From an uncultured bacterium (GTDB lineage Bacteria; Eisenbacteria; RBG-16-71-46), in contig CAZZLY010000003.1 in assembly GCA_964655175.1 (NCBI GenBank), forward strand, positions 18,259 through 82,258: 64,000 nt of DNA, read 5' to 3'. The notes beneath the pieces are model-generated. The model was given only the letters and a program-made list of their open reading frames with translations. It was not told where the DNA came from and ran no database searches. Below, one piece after another: positions 42,552-52,302 of this stretch; within the stretch, counting starts at the first letter, position 1; the number at the start of each line of letters is the position of its first letter. The position numbers and the translations under genes were made by a program.

Positions 42552-44560
42552 CGCACGAGGATCGTTCACTCGCCGAGATGCACGGTTCGGTGCGCGTGCC
42601 GCGCACGCGCAACTGGTTCCGCCGTCTGCTGGCGTTCGCCGGGCCGGCGTACCTCGTGTCGGTGGGGTACATGGACCCGGGCAACTGGGCCACCGACCTC
42701 GCCGGCGGTGCGCGCTTCGGCTACCAGCTCGTCTGGGTGCTCGTGATGAGCAACCTCCTGGCCGTGCTGCTGCAGACGCTCGCCGCACGCCTCGGCGTCG
42801 TGACCGGACGCGACCTCGCGCAGGCCTGCCGCGAGTCCTTCCCGCAGTGGGTGGTGTGGCCGCTGTGGGTGCTGTGCGAACTCGCGATCGTCGCGTGCGA
42901 CCTCGCCGAGGTGCTGGGCGCGGCGATCGGTCTGCAACTGCTGTTCGGCATCCCCCTGATCGTGGGCGTCGTCGTCACCGTGCTCGACGTCATGCTGCTG
43001 CTGGCGCTGTCGCACTACGGCATCCGCCGACTCGAGGCGTTCATCCTCACCCTCGTCGCCACGATCGGCACGTGCTTCGCGATCCAGATGTTCCTGTCGA
43101 ATCCGGATTACGCCGCCGTGGTCGCGCATCTGTTGCCGCGCGACCACACCGGGGCGTTCTCGCTGTTCGGCGTGAACGCCGACGGGCATCCCACCGTGCT
43201 CGGACTGCGGGGCGAGTCGCTGTACATCGCCATGGGCATCCTGGGCGCCACGGTCATGCCCCACAACCTCTACCTGCACAGTGCGCTCGTGCAGAGTCGC
43301 GAGGTCGAGCCCACCGACGCCGGGCGCCGCGAGGCGTGCCGACTCAATCTGGTGGACTCCGCGGTCGCGCTCAACGCCGCGCTGTTCGTCAACGTGGCGC
43401 TGCTCGTGCTCGCGGCGGCGGCGTTCCATCGCTACGGCTTCCACGACATCGGCAGTCTGCGCGAGGCGCATCATCTGCTCGCCCCGCTGCTGGGCACCGC
43501 GCTCGCGCCGATGCTGTTCGCCATCGCGCTGCTGTGCGCCGGGCAGGCCAGCACGGTGACGGGCACGCTCGCGGGGCAGATCGTCATGGAGGGCTTCCTG
43601 CGCGTGCGCCTGCAGCCGTGGCTGCGCCGCCTCGTGAGCCGCCTGCTCGCGATCGTGCCCGCGGTCGCGGTCATCCTGTGGAAGGGCGACGCGGGCGTCG
43701 ACGAGCTGCTCGTCCTGTCGCAGGTCGTGCTGTCGCTGCAGCTGGCGTTCGCGGTGGTGCCGCTCATCCGGTTCACGAACGACCGTGCGCGCATGGGGGC
43801 GTTCGTCAACGGGTGGTGGGTGCGGATCCTGGCGGCCGTGGCCGCCCTGTTGATCATCGGGCTCAACACCAAGCTCGCGGTGGACGCGATCGGGTCGTGG
43901 GTGCGCGGTTCGGGCGGGGCGTGGTGGGTGTGGGCGCTGGTCGTCCCGGCCGCGATCCTGCTCGCGGGATTGTTGCTCGTGCTGCTGGTGCTGCCGCTCG
44001 TCACCCGCGAGCGCACCGCCCCGTCCGAGGAGCGCCGCGAGCCCACGATCCACGTGGCGGGCTCGCAGGTCACGGCTGCAGCACGCGAGCAGGCCGCCCG
44101 CGTCGTGGACGCTTCCATCCCGTGGGACTCCGGCGCGCATCGTCGCGTCGTCGTGGCGGTCGAGTTGGCGGCGGCCGACGACAACATCCTGCAGTTCCTG
44201 CTGCGGGCGCGGCTGACCCCGGGGCTGCAGTTGGTGTTCGTGCACGTCGCCGCGAGCGCGGCGAGTCGCTGGTTGGGCGAGAAGAGCGACGATGCCGAGA
44301 GCCGCGAGGACCTGCGCGCGCTCGAGGCGCTCGCGCGGGAGTTCGTGGGGACGGGCGCGAGCACGTGGGTGCGTCTCGGTCACGGCGACCCGGCGCGCGA
44401 GATCGCACGCATCGTCACCGAGGAGGGGGCCGACCTGCTCATCACCGGGTCGCACGGCCACCGCGGGTTCTCGGACGTGGTCTACGGCTCGACGGTCTCG
44501 AGCGTGCGTCATCGGGTGACCTGCCCGGTCCTCACGGTGCCGCCCGCGCGGCGGCGCTGA
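42548..44560 (+). CDS. mntH: Nramp-family divalent metal transporter MntH fused to a C-terminal universal stress protein (UspA) domain
   Basis: GPAYLVSVGYMDPGNWATDL (DPGN motif), GATVMPHNLYLHS and ~11 TM helices. From ~nt 44138 a Usp-like module begins: HRRVVVAVELAAADD...ADLLITGSHGHRGFSDVVYGSTVSSVRHRVTCPVLTV. Confidence 0.85.
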   Translation: MTHEDRSLAEMHGSVRVPRTRNWFRRLLAFAGPAYLVSVGYMDPGNWATDLAGGARFGYQLVWVLVMSNLLAVLLQTLAARLGVVTGRDLAQACRESFPQWVVWPLWVLCELAIVACDLAEVLGAAIGLQLLFGIPLIVGVVVTVLDVMLLLALSHYGIRRLEAFILTLVATIGTCFAIQMFLSNPDYAAVVAHLLPRDHTGAFSLFGVNADGHPTVLGLRGESLYIAMGILGATVMPHNLYLHSALVQSREVEPTDAGRREACRLNLVDSAVALNAALFVNVALLVLAAAAFHRYGFHDIGSLREAHHLLAPLLGTALAPMLFAIALLCAGQASTVTGTLAGQIVMEGFLRVRLQPWLRRLVSRLLAIVPAVAVILWKGDAGVDELLVLSQVVLSLQLAFAVVPLIRFTNDRARMGAFVNGWWVRILAAVAALLIIGLNTKLAVDAIGSWVRGSGGAWWVWALVVPAAILLAGLLLVLLVLPLVTRERTAPSEERREPTIHVAGSQVTAAAREQAARVVDASIPWDSGAHRRVVVAVELAAADDNILQFLLRARLTPGLQLVFVHVAASAASRWLGEKSDDAESREDLRALEALAREFVGTGASTWVRLGHGDPAREIARIVTEEGADLLITGSHGHRGFSDVVYGSTVSSVRHRVTCPVLTVPPARRR

Positions 44561-44666
44561 CGCGCGGCCCGGGCGACTTCGCAGGAGGCTGGCGGGGGGG
44601 CGGGGCGGGCGGCTAGACTGTCCGCCCGCCGCGCACCCGACCACTCCCGACCCCGAGGTCGTTCCC

Positions 44667-45149
44667 TTGAGCGATCACATCTATCACGGCCGTCTCGACG
44701 CCACCGTCGCCGAGGTCATCGAGCACAGCGAGTTGTTGCCCGACCACGAACTCGCCGCCGTCCCCGTGCTCGAGGGGCAGGAGCGGCCCGGTGAGGAACC
44801 GGCCGTGCGACGACGGCTGCGCTACGAGGGCATCCGGCCGCGCGAGCATCGCGGTGCGCTGCTGGTGGAGCCCGGCGAGATCGAGCGCTTCTCGAGCGCG
44901 GGGTTGTTCGGTGGCGGTGACGAGGTGTTCCTGACCGCCGAATGGAACGACGAGTTCGAACCGTACCCGTCGCGCGTCTCGGCGGACATGACGGACTTCC
45001 GCGATTCGCTGCCGTTGGGCCTGGCGGACTGGATGCACGAGAACGGGTGCGTGCTCGTGCTCGGTGACGGCGGTGCGCTCAACTACGCCACGACGATCGA
45101 GGCGGTGCACGAGCGCCTGCAGGCGCGCTTCAAACCGGCGCGTCGGTGA
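44667..45149 (+). CDS. Hypothetical protein
   Basis: TTG 44667 has GAGG 7 nt upstream. The sequence is acidic with normal composition, and its stop overlaps the next start (GTGA). I recognise no family. Confidence 0.45.
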   Translation: MSDHIYHGRLDATVAEVIEHSELLPDHELAAVPVLEGQERPGEEPAVRRRLRYEGIRPREHRGALLVEPGEIERFSSAGLFGGGDEVFLTAEWNDEFEPYPSRVSADMTDFRDSLPLGLADWMHENGCVLVLGDGGALNYATTIEAVHERLQARFKPARR

Positions 45150-45787
45150 CCGGCCCCGTCCCGCGACTCGTCCCGCTCGACCTCGCCGGTCCCGCGGGCA
45201 ACCTCGAGGCGTTGCTCCAGGAGTGGGAGGGCGTCGAGCCCGCGTTCGTGGCGGTCGTGTGTCATCCGCATCCGCTCTACGGCGGCACACTGCACAACAA
45301 GGTGGCGCATCGCGTCGCCTCGACGCTGCATGCCCGCGGCGGGGCGGTGATGCGCTTCAACTTCCGCGGCGTGGGTCGCAGCGAGGGCGCGCACGATCGC
45401 GGTCGCGGCGAACTCGAGGACGGTCGTCTCGTGCTGGCCGAACTGCGACGGCGGTATCCGCGTGCGCGCACGTGGGCGGCGGGCTTCTCGTTCGGGTCGT
45501 GGGTCGCCTCGCGCATCGCGGCCGCCGAGCCCGACGTCGAGCGCCTGATCCTCATCGCGCCGCCGGTGCACACGCAGACCTTCGAGGAGATGCGCACCTG
45601 CGCGGTGCCCAAGCTCGTGGTGCAGGGCACGGCCGACGACATCTGCCGGCCCGAGAACCTCGCGCGCGTGTTCCCGACGTGGGCCGAACCCAAGCGGCTG
45701 CTCGAGGTGGAGGGGGCGAGCCACTTCTTCGATCGGCAGTTGAACGAGCTGGGCGAGGCCATCGTGAGGGGTCTGGACGAGGCCTGA
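45146..45787 (+). CDS. Alpha/beta hydrolase (COG2945-like)
   Basis: VVCHPHPLYGGTLHNKV, nucleophile elbow GFSFGSW, and a later QGTADD...SHFF. 213 aa. Confidence 0.75.
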   Translation: MTGPVPRLVPLDLAGPAGNLEALLQEWEGVEPAFVAVVCHPHPLYGGTLHNKVAHRVASTLHARGGAVMRFNFRGVGRSEGAHDRGRGELEDGRLVLAELRRRYPRARTWAAGFSFGSWVASRIAAAEPDVERLILIAPPVHTQTFEEMRTCAVPKLVVQGTADDICRPENLARVFPTWAEPKRLLEVEGASHFFDRQLNELGEAIVRGLDEA

Positions 45788-45962
45788 GCCGCGTGCATCC
45801 TGCACGGGGCGCGTCTCGCTTCGCGTGCTCGGGTGCAGGGTGGGCCCGCCCACCGCGTTGCCCGCGGGCGAGATGCGGGGTCCGGCACGGAACACGCATC
45901 CTCGGAGGGCGACCGACGGGCGTGGTATAAAGTCGCCGACCTTCGGACACAGGGAGCCGCGC

Positions 45963-47237
45963 GTGAACCTCGATTGGCACCGCCTCAAGGCGGTCGTGCT
46001 CGAAAGCGACGACTGGGGACTGTGTGCATGGGTGCCGGACGACCGCGCCCATCGCGCACTCGCCCTGCTGCCCGCGTTCCGCACCGCAGCGGGCCTGCGC
46101 TACGGCCGCTCGACGCTCGAGCGTGCCCACGAGGTCACGGCGCTCGCGGACGTGCTGCGTGGCCTGCGCGGCGGGGACGGCTACCGACCCGTGTGGCAGG
46201 CCAACACGATCGTCGCCAATCCCGACTACGCCGGGCTCGAGCCGCCGCTGTTCCCGGTGACCGAACTGCCGCTGCGCTTCGTGCCCGACTTCCCGGCCCG
46301 TTGGGAGCGCCCCGGGTTGTGGGACGCCGTGCGTGCCGCCGAGGCCGACGGTGTGTGGTGGGCCGAACTGCACGGTCTGCACCATCTGCCCGAGACGGCG
46401 TGGTTGAACGCGCTGCGGCGGGGGCAGAACGACGCGCGGCGCGCGCTCGAGCACGAGAGCCCGTTGTGTCTGGCGGTCGAAGCGAGCGGCGAGTACGACC
46501 CGAGCGAGCCGCGCGAGGTGCGTGCGCGCGATCTGCGGCGCGCGATCGAGGCGTTCCGTGCCCTGTTCGGTCGCATGCCCACCAGCTTCTGCCCGCCCGA
46601 CTACCGCTTCGACGAGTGGTTCGCCTCCGAGGCCGCCTCGCTCGGGCTGACCACGTTCCAGGGGCGCGCCGAGCAGGCCGCGCCGCGGTTGTGGCAGATC
46701 CTGCGGCGGCGCTGGGCCGGGCTGCAGTTCCCCGATCTGGCGGGTGGGCGGTTCAACCTGCCGCCGCGGATCGCGTTCGAACCCGGCGGTGAGGCGTCCG
46801 CCCCGGGCCCGCGCGGTCTCGAGGCCGCGGTGCGCAAGGTGCGCGAGGCGTGGCAGCACGGCCAGCCCGCCATCGTGAGCACGCATCGCATGAACTACGC
46901 GCACCTCGACGAGCCGTGGGTCGATCGCAGCCGCACGGCGCTGCGCGAACTGCTCACGCGGCTGTGCGCCGACGGTGCGGTGTTCCTCACCGATCACGAG
47001 GTGCGGCAGCTGGTGGAGCGCAACTCGTCGTGGCGCCCGCTCGGAGGGCGCGGCGTGCTGCTGCGCCACTACGGCGTGCCGCGCGAGGAACTGCGCCTGC
47101 CCGTGCCCGAGGGCGTGACCGGCGCGATGCTGCGCGGCGCCGCGTCCGACGCCAAGGCCGAGGTGAGCGTGGTCGACGGCGAGTTGCGCGCGCGCGTCAA
47201 CGTGGGCGAGGTCGTGGTGGAGTGGACGCACGGATGA
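45963..47237 (+). CDS. Hypothetical protein (possible deacetylase/glycoside-hydrolase-like barrel; function unknown)
   Basis: GTG 45963 is in frame in ORF 45825..47237, with GGGAG upstream. It has protein-like composition, and its stop overlaps the methyltransferase start (ATGA). The ESDDWG and LHGLHH motifs are only weakly suggestive. Confidence 0.55.
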   Translation: MNLDWHRLKAVVLESDDWGLCAWVPDDRAHRALALLPAFRTAAGLRYGRSTLERAHEVTALADVLRGLRGGDGYRPVWQANTIVANPDYAGLEPPLFPVTELPLRFVPDFPARWERPGLWDAVRAAEADGVWWAELHGLHHLPETAWLNALRRGQNDARRALEHESPLCLAVEASGEYDPSEPREVRARDLRRAIEAFRALFGRMPTSFCPPDYRFDEWFASEAASLGLTTFQGRAEQAAPRLWQILRRRWAGLQFPDLAGGRFNLPPRIAFEPGGEASAPGPRGLEAAVRKVREAWQHGQPAIVSTHRMNYAHLDEPWVDRSRTALRELLTRLCADGAVFLTDHEVRQLVERNSSWRPLGGRGVLLRHYGVPREELRLPVPEGVTGAMLRGAASDAKAEVSVVDGELRARVNVGEVVVEWTHG

Positions 47238-47959
47238 CCGCGCGCGGATGGTGGCGACGCTGGACCGAGCGAGCGGCGACGACGCACTTCACGCCGTGGA
47301 AGTTCAACTGGCTCGCGAACCACAAGCTGCTCGCCGCGCTCGAGCGCGTCCGGCCGCACGCGCACGGGGCGCTGCTCGACGTGGGGTGCGGCTCGATGCC
47401 GTTCGCCCCGGTGTTCGCGCCGCACGTGTCGTCGTATCAGGGCACCGATCTGCCGTCGTCGCGTCATTACCGCGGCCAGCGGCCGATCGCGTTCGCGGTC
47501 GCGGAGGCGCTGCCGTTCCGGGCCGGCTCGTTCGACACCGTGCTGTCGCTGTCGGTGATCAACTGTCTGCCCGAACCCGTGCGGCTGTTGCAGGAGGCGC
47601 ACCGGGTGTTGCGTCCCGGCGGCACGGCGATCGTCGAGTTCGTGCAGATGGTGCCGTTGCACGTGGACGAGCCGTGGGACTACTACCGGTTCACGCGGTT
47701 CGGCGCCGAGCACCTGCTGCGCGAGGCCGGTTTCGACGTGGTCGAGATCGTCCCGGTGGGCGGGCTGTGGGCGCGCGTCGGGCTGTCCATGATCGACGGG
47801 GTGCGTCGTTTGAACACCGGACCGACGCGTGTGCTCACCGAGATCCCCGCGCGAGTCCTGTACCTGTTGCTGCAATTGTTGTTCGAGGGGCTCGATCGGC
47901 TGTTCATGGACCCGGCCGAGGTGCTGGCCCACGTCGTGGTCGCCCGTCGGCGAGGTTGA
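47234..47959 (+). CDS. Class I SAM-dependent methyltransferase
   Basis: Motif I LLDVGCGSMPF, post-I region GTDL, FDTVLSLSV and LRPGGTAIVEF. Confidence 0.8.
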   Translation: MTARGWWRRWTERAATTHFTPWKFNWLANHKLLAALERVRPHAHGALLDVGCGSMPFAPVFAPHVSSYQGTDLPSSRHYRGQRPIAFAVAEALPFRAGSFDTVLSLSVINCLPEPVRLLQEAHRVLRPGGTAIVEFVQMVPLHVDEPWDYYRFTRFGAEHLLREAGFDVVEIVPVGGLWARVGLSMIDGVRRLNTGPTRVLTEIPARVLYLLLQLLFEGLDRLFMDPAEVLAHVVVARRRG

Positions 47960-47992
47960 CCCCGCACGGGCCGCGCGCCTAGCCTCCCGCGC

Positions 47993-49717
47993 ATGGCCAA
48001 CCTCCCGGCGCCGACCCCTGTGGTGCGGCGGATCCCCGAGCTCATCGAATACGCGGCCGAGCGCCATGGCGATCGGCCGTACCTGCTGCGCAACGTCGAG
48101 GGCCGCTGGGAGGGTTACTCCTACACGGCCGCCGCGCGAGCGGTGCGTGCGTTCGCCGCGCAACTCGAGCGCGAGGGCGTGCGCCCCGGGGCCCGCATCG
48201 CGCTGCAGGCCGACAACCGTCCCGAGTGGGGGCTCGCGTACCTCGCGATCCTCGCGACCGGTGCGGTCGTGGTGCCGCTCGACGCCATGCTCAAGGTGCA
48301 GGAGGTGGGCGAGCTGCTCGCGTCCTCCGAGGCGAGCCACGCGATCGGCGACGCCAAGCACATGGCGCTGCTGCGCGAGGCCAAGGCGGCGCGCCGGCCG
48401 GGGCTCACCCTGCTCACGCTCGACGGGGACGACGGCGCCCCCTCGACCTGGGCGCAGGCGCAGAAGGCGTTCGCCGACGCACCCCGGCGTGAGTATCCCG
48501 GGGACCCGAACGACCTCGCGGTCATCATCTTCACCTCGGGCACGACCGGCAACGCCAAGGGCGTGATGCTGTCGCACCACAACCTGCTCTCCAACGTCGA
48601 GTGCGTCGCGCGCACGTTCGAGTACGGCACCGACGACCGCTTCCTGAGCATCCTGCCGCTGCACCACACGTTCGAGTCCACCGGCGGGCTGCTGTGCCCG
48701 ATGCGCGTGGGCGCCAGCGTGTGCTACGCGCGCGGGCTCGCGTCGCGCGAGCTGCGTGAGGACATGCAGACGAGCGGCGCCACGTTGTTCATCGGCGTGC
48801 CGCTGCTGTACGAGAAGCTCATGACGGCGATCGAGAAGGGCATCGCCGACGCGCCGCTGCCCGCGCGTCTGGTCGCGCGCACGCTGCTCGGGGTGACGCG
48901 CTTCGTGCGCGTGACGACCGGCCTGAGGCTCGGCAAGACGCTGCTGCGGCCCCTGCGTCGCAAGGCGGGTCTGGATCGGCTGCGACTGTTCATCACCGGC
49001 GCGGCGCCGTTCGCGCGCGCGGTGTTCTGGCGCTACATCGACTTCGGCTGGCCCATGCTCGAGGGCTACGGATTGACCGAGACCTCGCCGGTCGTGTGCG
49101 CCAACCGGCCGCCGCATCCGAACCCCGGCGGGGTGGGCTGGCCCATGCCGGGCATCGAGGTGCGCATCGCCGACCCCGACGAGCACGGCGACGGTGAGAT
49201 CCTCGTGCGCGGGCCCAACGTCATGCTGGGCTACTGGCGGCAGCCCGAGGCGACCGCCGAGGCCATTCGCGACGGTTGGTTCCACACCGGCGATCTGGGG
49301 CACGTCGCCCCGGACGGGCGCGTCCGCATCACCGGTCGGCTCAAGAACATGATCGCGACCGCGGCGGGCAAGAAGATCTATCCCGAGGAGGTCGAGGCGA
49401 AGCTCGCGAACTCGCCGTACATCCTCGAGGTCGTGGTCACCGGCGGGCTCGACGCCCGCGGCGAGCGCGAGGAGGTGCACGCGCACGTGTACCCCAACCT
49501 GCCGGCGCTCGAATCGTTCGCGGCCACGCAGGGCAAGGTCTGCGACGCGGCGTTCGTCGAGCAGGTGCTCAAGAGCGAGGTCACGGCGCGCTGCGAGGCG
49601 CTGGCGCCTTACAAGCACGTCAAGCGCGTCATCGTGCGCGCGGCCGAGTTCCCCAAGACCACGACGGGTAAGATCCGTCGTGGCCCGGGCATGCTGGAGC
49701 CGATCGCGGTCGACTGA
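47993..49717 (+). CDS. AMP-dependent acyl-CoA synthetase/ligase (long-chain fatty acid CoA ligase-like)
   Basis: AMP-binding motif IIFTSGTTGNAKGVMLSH, plus EGYGLTETS, TGDLGHVAPDGRVRITGRLKNMI and a C-terminal GKIRR. Confidence 0.85.
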   Translation: MANLPAPTPVVRRIPELIEYAAERHGDRPYLLRNVEGRWEGYSYTAAARAVRAFAAQLEREGVRPGARIALQADNRPEWGLAYLAILATGAVVVPLDAMLKVQEVGELLASSEASHAIGDAKHMALLREAKAARRPGLTLLTLDGDDGAPSTWAQAQKAFADAPRREYPGDPNDLAVIIFTSGTTGNAKGVMLSHHNLLSNVECVARTFEYGTDDRFLSILPLHHTFESTGGLLCPMRVGASVCYARGLASRELREDMQTSGATLFIGVPLLYEKLMTAIEKGIADAPLPARLVARTLLGVTRFVRVTTGLRLGKTLLRPLRRKAGLDRLRLFITGAAPFARAVFWRYIDFGWPMLEGYGLTETSPVVCANRPPHPNPGGVGWPMPGIEVRIADPDEHGDGEILVRGPNVMLGYWRQPEATAEAIRDGWFHTGDLGHVAPDGRVRITGRLKNMIATAAGKKIYPEEVEAKLANSPYILEVVVTGGLDARGEREEVHAHVYPNLPALESFAATQGKVCDAAFVEQVLKSEVTARCEALAPYKHVKRVIVRAAEFPKTTTGKIRRGPGMLEPIAVD

Positions 49718-49736
49718 AGCGCGGGTGTGATGACGT

Positions 49737-49773
49737 GAAGCCCCTCGCGAGCGACGTGCTCGCGGGGGGCTTC
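49737..49773. terminator. Bidirectional hairpin between convergent genes
   Basis: 16-bp stem GAAGCCCCTCGCGAGC / GCTCGCGGGGGGCTTC (one G-U pair) with a 5-nt loop, between the stops at 49715-49717 and 49793-49795. Confidence 0.55.
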
Positions 49774-49792
49774 GCCGTTCGGTGGGCGAGGG

Positions 49793-50218
49793 TCAGTGCC
49801 CGCGTCGGGCCTTGTCGCGGGGGCGCGTGGCGGAGGTCGGCGCGGGGCCCAGACGTGCCGCGCTCCACACGACGCCGTCGTCGCGCAGCAGTTCGAAGCG
49901 GTGCCGCATGCGGATCGGGCCGTGCGTGTAGTCGCCGCCCCGCCACGCGTGCCGCGCCGGTTCGCCGCTCAAGCGCCATGACAACTCGAACGGACCGTCG
50001 TCCTCGCAGCGCACGCGCAGGACGATCGTCGTGTCCACCGCGAGCCGCGGCAGCGTCCAGCGCATGCCCTGCACGCGCACGCCCAACTCCTCGAGCACGC
50101 GGCCCGAGCGATTGCGGAACACGAACTCGTCGTGTCCGCGCGCGCGCCAGCGATCGTGGCGCGTCCAGCCCCACCACGCGGCGACGAGCAGCAGTGCGAT
50201 GATCGCCCAGCGACCCAT
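49793..50218 (-). CDS. Hypothetical membrane-anchored protein
   Basis: N-terminal TM helix (MGRWAIIALLLVAAWWGW) followed by a ~110-aa soluble domain of ordinary composition. I recognise no family. Confidence 0.45.
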   Translation of the reverse strand: MGRWAIIALLLVAAWWGWTRHDRWRARGHDEFVFRNRSGRVLEELGVRVQGMRWTLPRLAVDTTIVLRVRCEDDGPFELSWRLSGEPARHAWRGGDYTHGPIRMRHRFELLRDDGVVWSAARLGPAPTSATRPRDKARRGH

Positions 50219-50298
50219 GGTTCCCTCCGAGACCGTCCGCCCCCGTCCGTGGTGGCGTCGCGTGCAGCATAGTGGGCGCGACCGATGCGGTCACGCGT

Positions 50299-51591
50299 TC
50301 AATCGGTCAGCGGACCCTCGCCGCGCCGGCCCTTGGCCTCCTCCGAGAGCGCGACCTCGCCCACGGGGTGCTCGGGCGTGCCGCGGAACGCGGCGTAGAA
50401 CGTCACCGCCGCGATCAGGTACAGCGTCGCGGTGAGATAGAACGGCACCGCGTCGCCGTAGCGTTCGAGCACCACGCCCGAGACCGTGGCCGACGCCGCC
50501 CAACCGAGGTTCCACACCATGTTGTTGAGGCTCGTCGAGCGCGCACGCAGCCCCGGCGGCAGCACCTCCATGACGAACGCGTTGAGCAACGGCGTCGAGG
50601 CCTGCATGAACGTGGCGCGCAGCCAGAAGGCGCCCACCGCCACGGGCAGCAGCTGCTCACCGCCCAGCGTCACGAGGAACGGCAGCGACAGCAGTTCGGC
50701 CGCGACCGCGGTGCGCAGCTTGCCGAACCGGCGCGCCAGCGCGGGCGCCGCGAGCGTGGCGGCCGCGGTGCAGACCTGCGCGATCCCGAAGAACACGCCG
50801 ATCTGCGCACTCGAGCACGCGAACCGGTTCTTGAAGTACAGGTTCATGAACGGGATCACGAAGCCCGCACCCGCACCGATGAGCGCGGCGTTCAACGCGA
50901 TCGCGCCCAAGCGACGATGGTCGCGCACGGTCGGGGGCGGTGCGTCGCGGTGGGCGCGCGGTTCGGCGAGGCCGCGCAGCGCCACGAGCGGCAGCGCGGC
51001 CGCCGCCGTGACGAGTGCGCCCAGCACGAGCACGACGCGGTACGCGGTGAACCACGACCACGCGGGCTGCACGGCCCGCAGCACCGCCGGCAGCACGCCG
51101 CCCAGCGCGTTGCCGAACACGCCCGCGAGCAGGGCGCACGCGAAGAACGTGCTGAACAGGTGGGTGCGTTCGCGTGGGCTCGAGTGATCGGTGAGGAACG
51201 GGGCGGCCGCGATCTGGAACAGCGACTGCCCCATGCCCGCGACGAAGCTCGCGCCCACGACGAGCGCCCCGTGCGGGGTGACGGTGCGCAGCAGCATCCC
51301 GGTGCCGTCGAGCGCGGCGCCCAGCATGAGCGTGCGGCGTCGGCCCCAGCGATCGGCGAGCCAGCCCGCGGGCAGGGCGGCGACCACGGTGCCCATGCCG
51401 CTCGCGGCGATCGCGCGCCCCACGGCCGCCTCGCTCGCACCGCCCTCGACGAGGAACAGGTTGAAGAGCACCGCGAAGATGCCGTGTCCGGTCCAGGCGA
51501 GGAACTCGGCCCCCAGATAGAGCCGTGCCGGTCGCGAGAACCGCGCGACCGCGTCGCGGAACTCGTGCACGGCCTCGCGCAGCGCGGGCAT
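50299..51591 (-). CDS. MFS transporter
   Basis: 12 predicted TM helices and an MFS loop 2-3 motif (GWLADRWGRRRTLMLG). Confidence 0.85.
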   Translation of the reverse strand: MPALREAVHEFRDAVARFSRPARLYLGAEFLAWTGHGIFAVLFNLFLVEGGASEAAVGRAIAASGMGTVVAALPAGWLADRWGRRRTLMLGAALDGTGMLLRTVTPHGALVVGASFVAGMGQSLFQIAAAPFLTDHSSPRERTHLFSTFFACALLAGVFGNALGGVLPAVLRAVQPAWSWFTAYRVVLVLGALVTAAAALPLVALRGLAEPRAHRDAPPPTVRDHRRLGAIALNAALIGAGAGFVIPFMNLYFKNRFACSSAQIGVFFGIAQVCTAAATLAAPALARRFGKLRTAVAAELLSLPFLVTLGGEQLLPVAVGAFWLRATFMQASTPLLNAFVMEVLPPGLRARSTSLNNMVWNLGWAASATVSGVVLERYGDAVPFYLTATLYLIAAVTFYAAFRGTPEHPVGEVALSEEAKGRRGEGPLTD

Positions 51592-51687
51592 CGGTTCGGT
51601 GACCTCCGGCGTGGGGATGCGGACGGGGAAACGAACGGGCGGCGATCCCGAGGGACCGCCGCCCGGTGGTGGGGGACTGTGGACCGG

Positions 51688-52302
51688 TCAGACCGCGTTG
51701 TCGAGCATCGCGGTGTCGACCGTGTGACCGTTGGCCTCTTCGCCGCCCGGCCGCACCGCCGCGGCGAACGCCGCCGGGGTGAGCGCGATCAGCAGCCGCG
51801 CGGGCACGTCACCGGCGTTGTCGATCGAGTGCGGCACGCGGCCGTCGAAGTGACACGAATCGCCGGACTCCAGCATGATCACGTGATCGCCGATGGTGAG
51901 GCTGATGCGGCCGTCCGACACGAGCACGACCTCCTCGCCGTGATGGAAGTGACGCTTGTCGCTCAGCGACTGGCCGATCGGGAGCTCGCACTGCAGGAGC
52001 TCGAGGTTGCGGCGGGGCTGGGCGGACATCACCTCGACGCGCGAGATGTTGCCGTTGACCGTCATGTGCGGACGCTCGTCGCGGCGCACGACGTAGGGCA
52101 CCTGATCCTCCTCGACGACGAGGTAGGCGACCGACGTCTCGAGCGACTTGGCGAGGTCCTGCAGCGTCGCCAGCGAGGGCGACGTGCGGTTGTTCTCGAC
52201 CTGGCTCACGAACCCCTTGGAGAGTCCGGTGAGCTCGGCGAGCTGCTGCACGGTGAGACCGCGGCGAAGCCGCAGATCCCGAATCTTACGACCCAACTGC
52301 AT
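51688..52302 (-). CDS. XRE-family HTH transcriptional regulator with C-terminal cupin domain
   Basis: Trimmed to ATG 52302, preceded by GGAGGTG. HTH region: IRDLRLRRGLTVQQLAELTGLSKGFVSQVENNRTSPSLATL. Cupin region: HFHHGEEVVLVSDGRISLTIGD...GDSCHFDGRVPHS. Confidence 0.85.
   Translation of the reverse strand: MQLGRKIRDLRLRRGLTVQQLAELTGLSKGFVSQVENNRTSPSLATLQDLAKSLETSVAYLVVEEDQVPYVVRRDERPHMTVNGNISRVEVMSAQPRRNLELLQCELPIGQSLSDKRHFHHGEEVVLVSDGRISLTIGDHVIMLESGDSCHFDGRVPHSIDNAGDVPARLLIALTPAAFAAAVRPGGEEANGHTVDTAMLDNAV

Noticed and set aside
42566-44644. 692-aa minus ORF and 589-aa + ORF (42847..44616) overlapping mntH
   Set aside because: Arg/His/Gln-rich shadows. The 42548..44560 frame has the Nramp DPGN motif and TM helices.
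47069-49618. 849-aa minus ORF antisense to the methyltransferase and acyl-CoA ligase genes (also 45552..47231 minus)
   Set aside because: Shadow composition. The sense frames carry SAM-binding and AMP-binding motifs.
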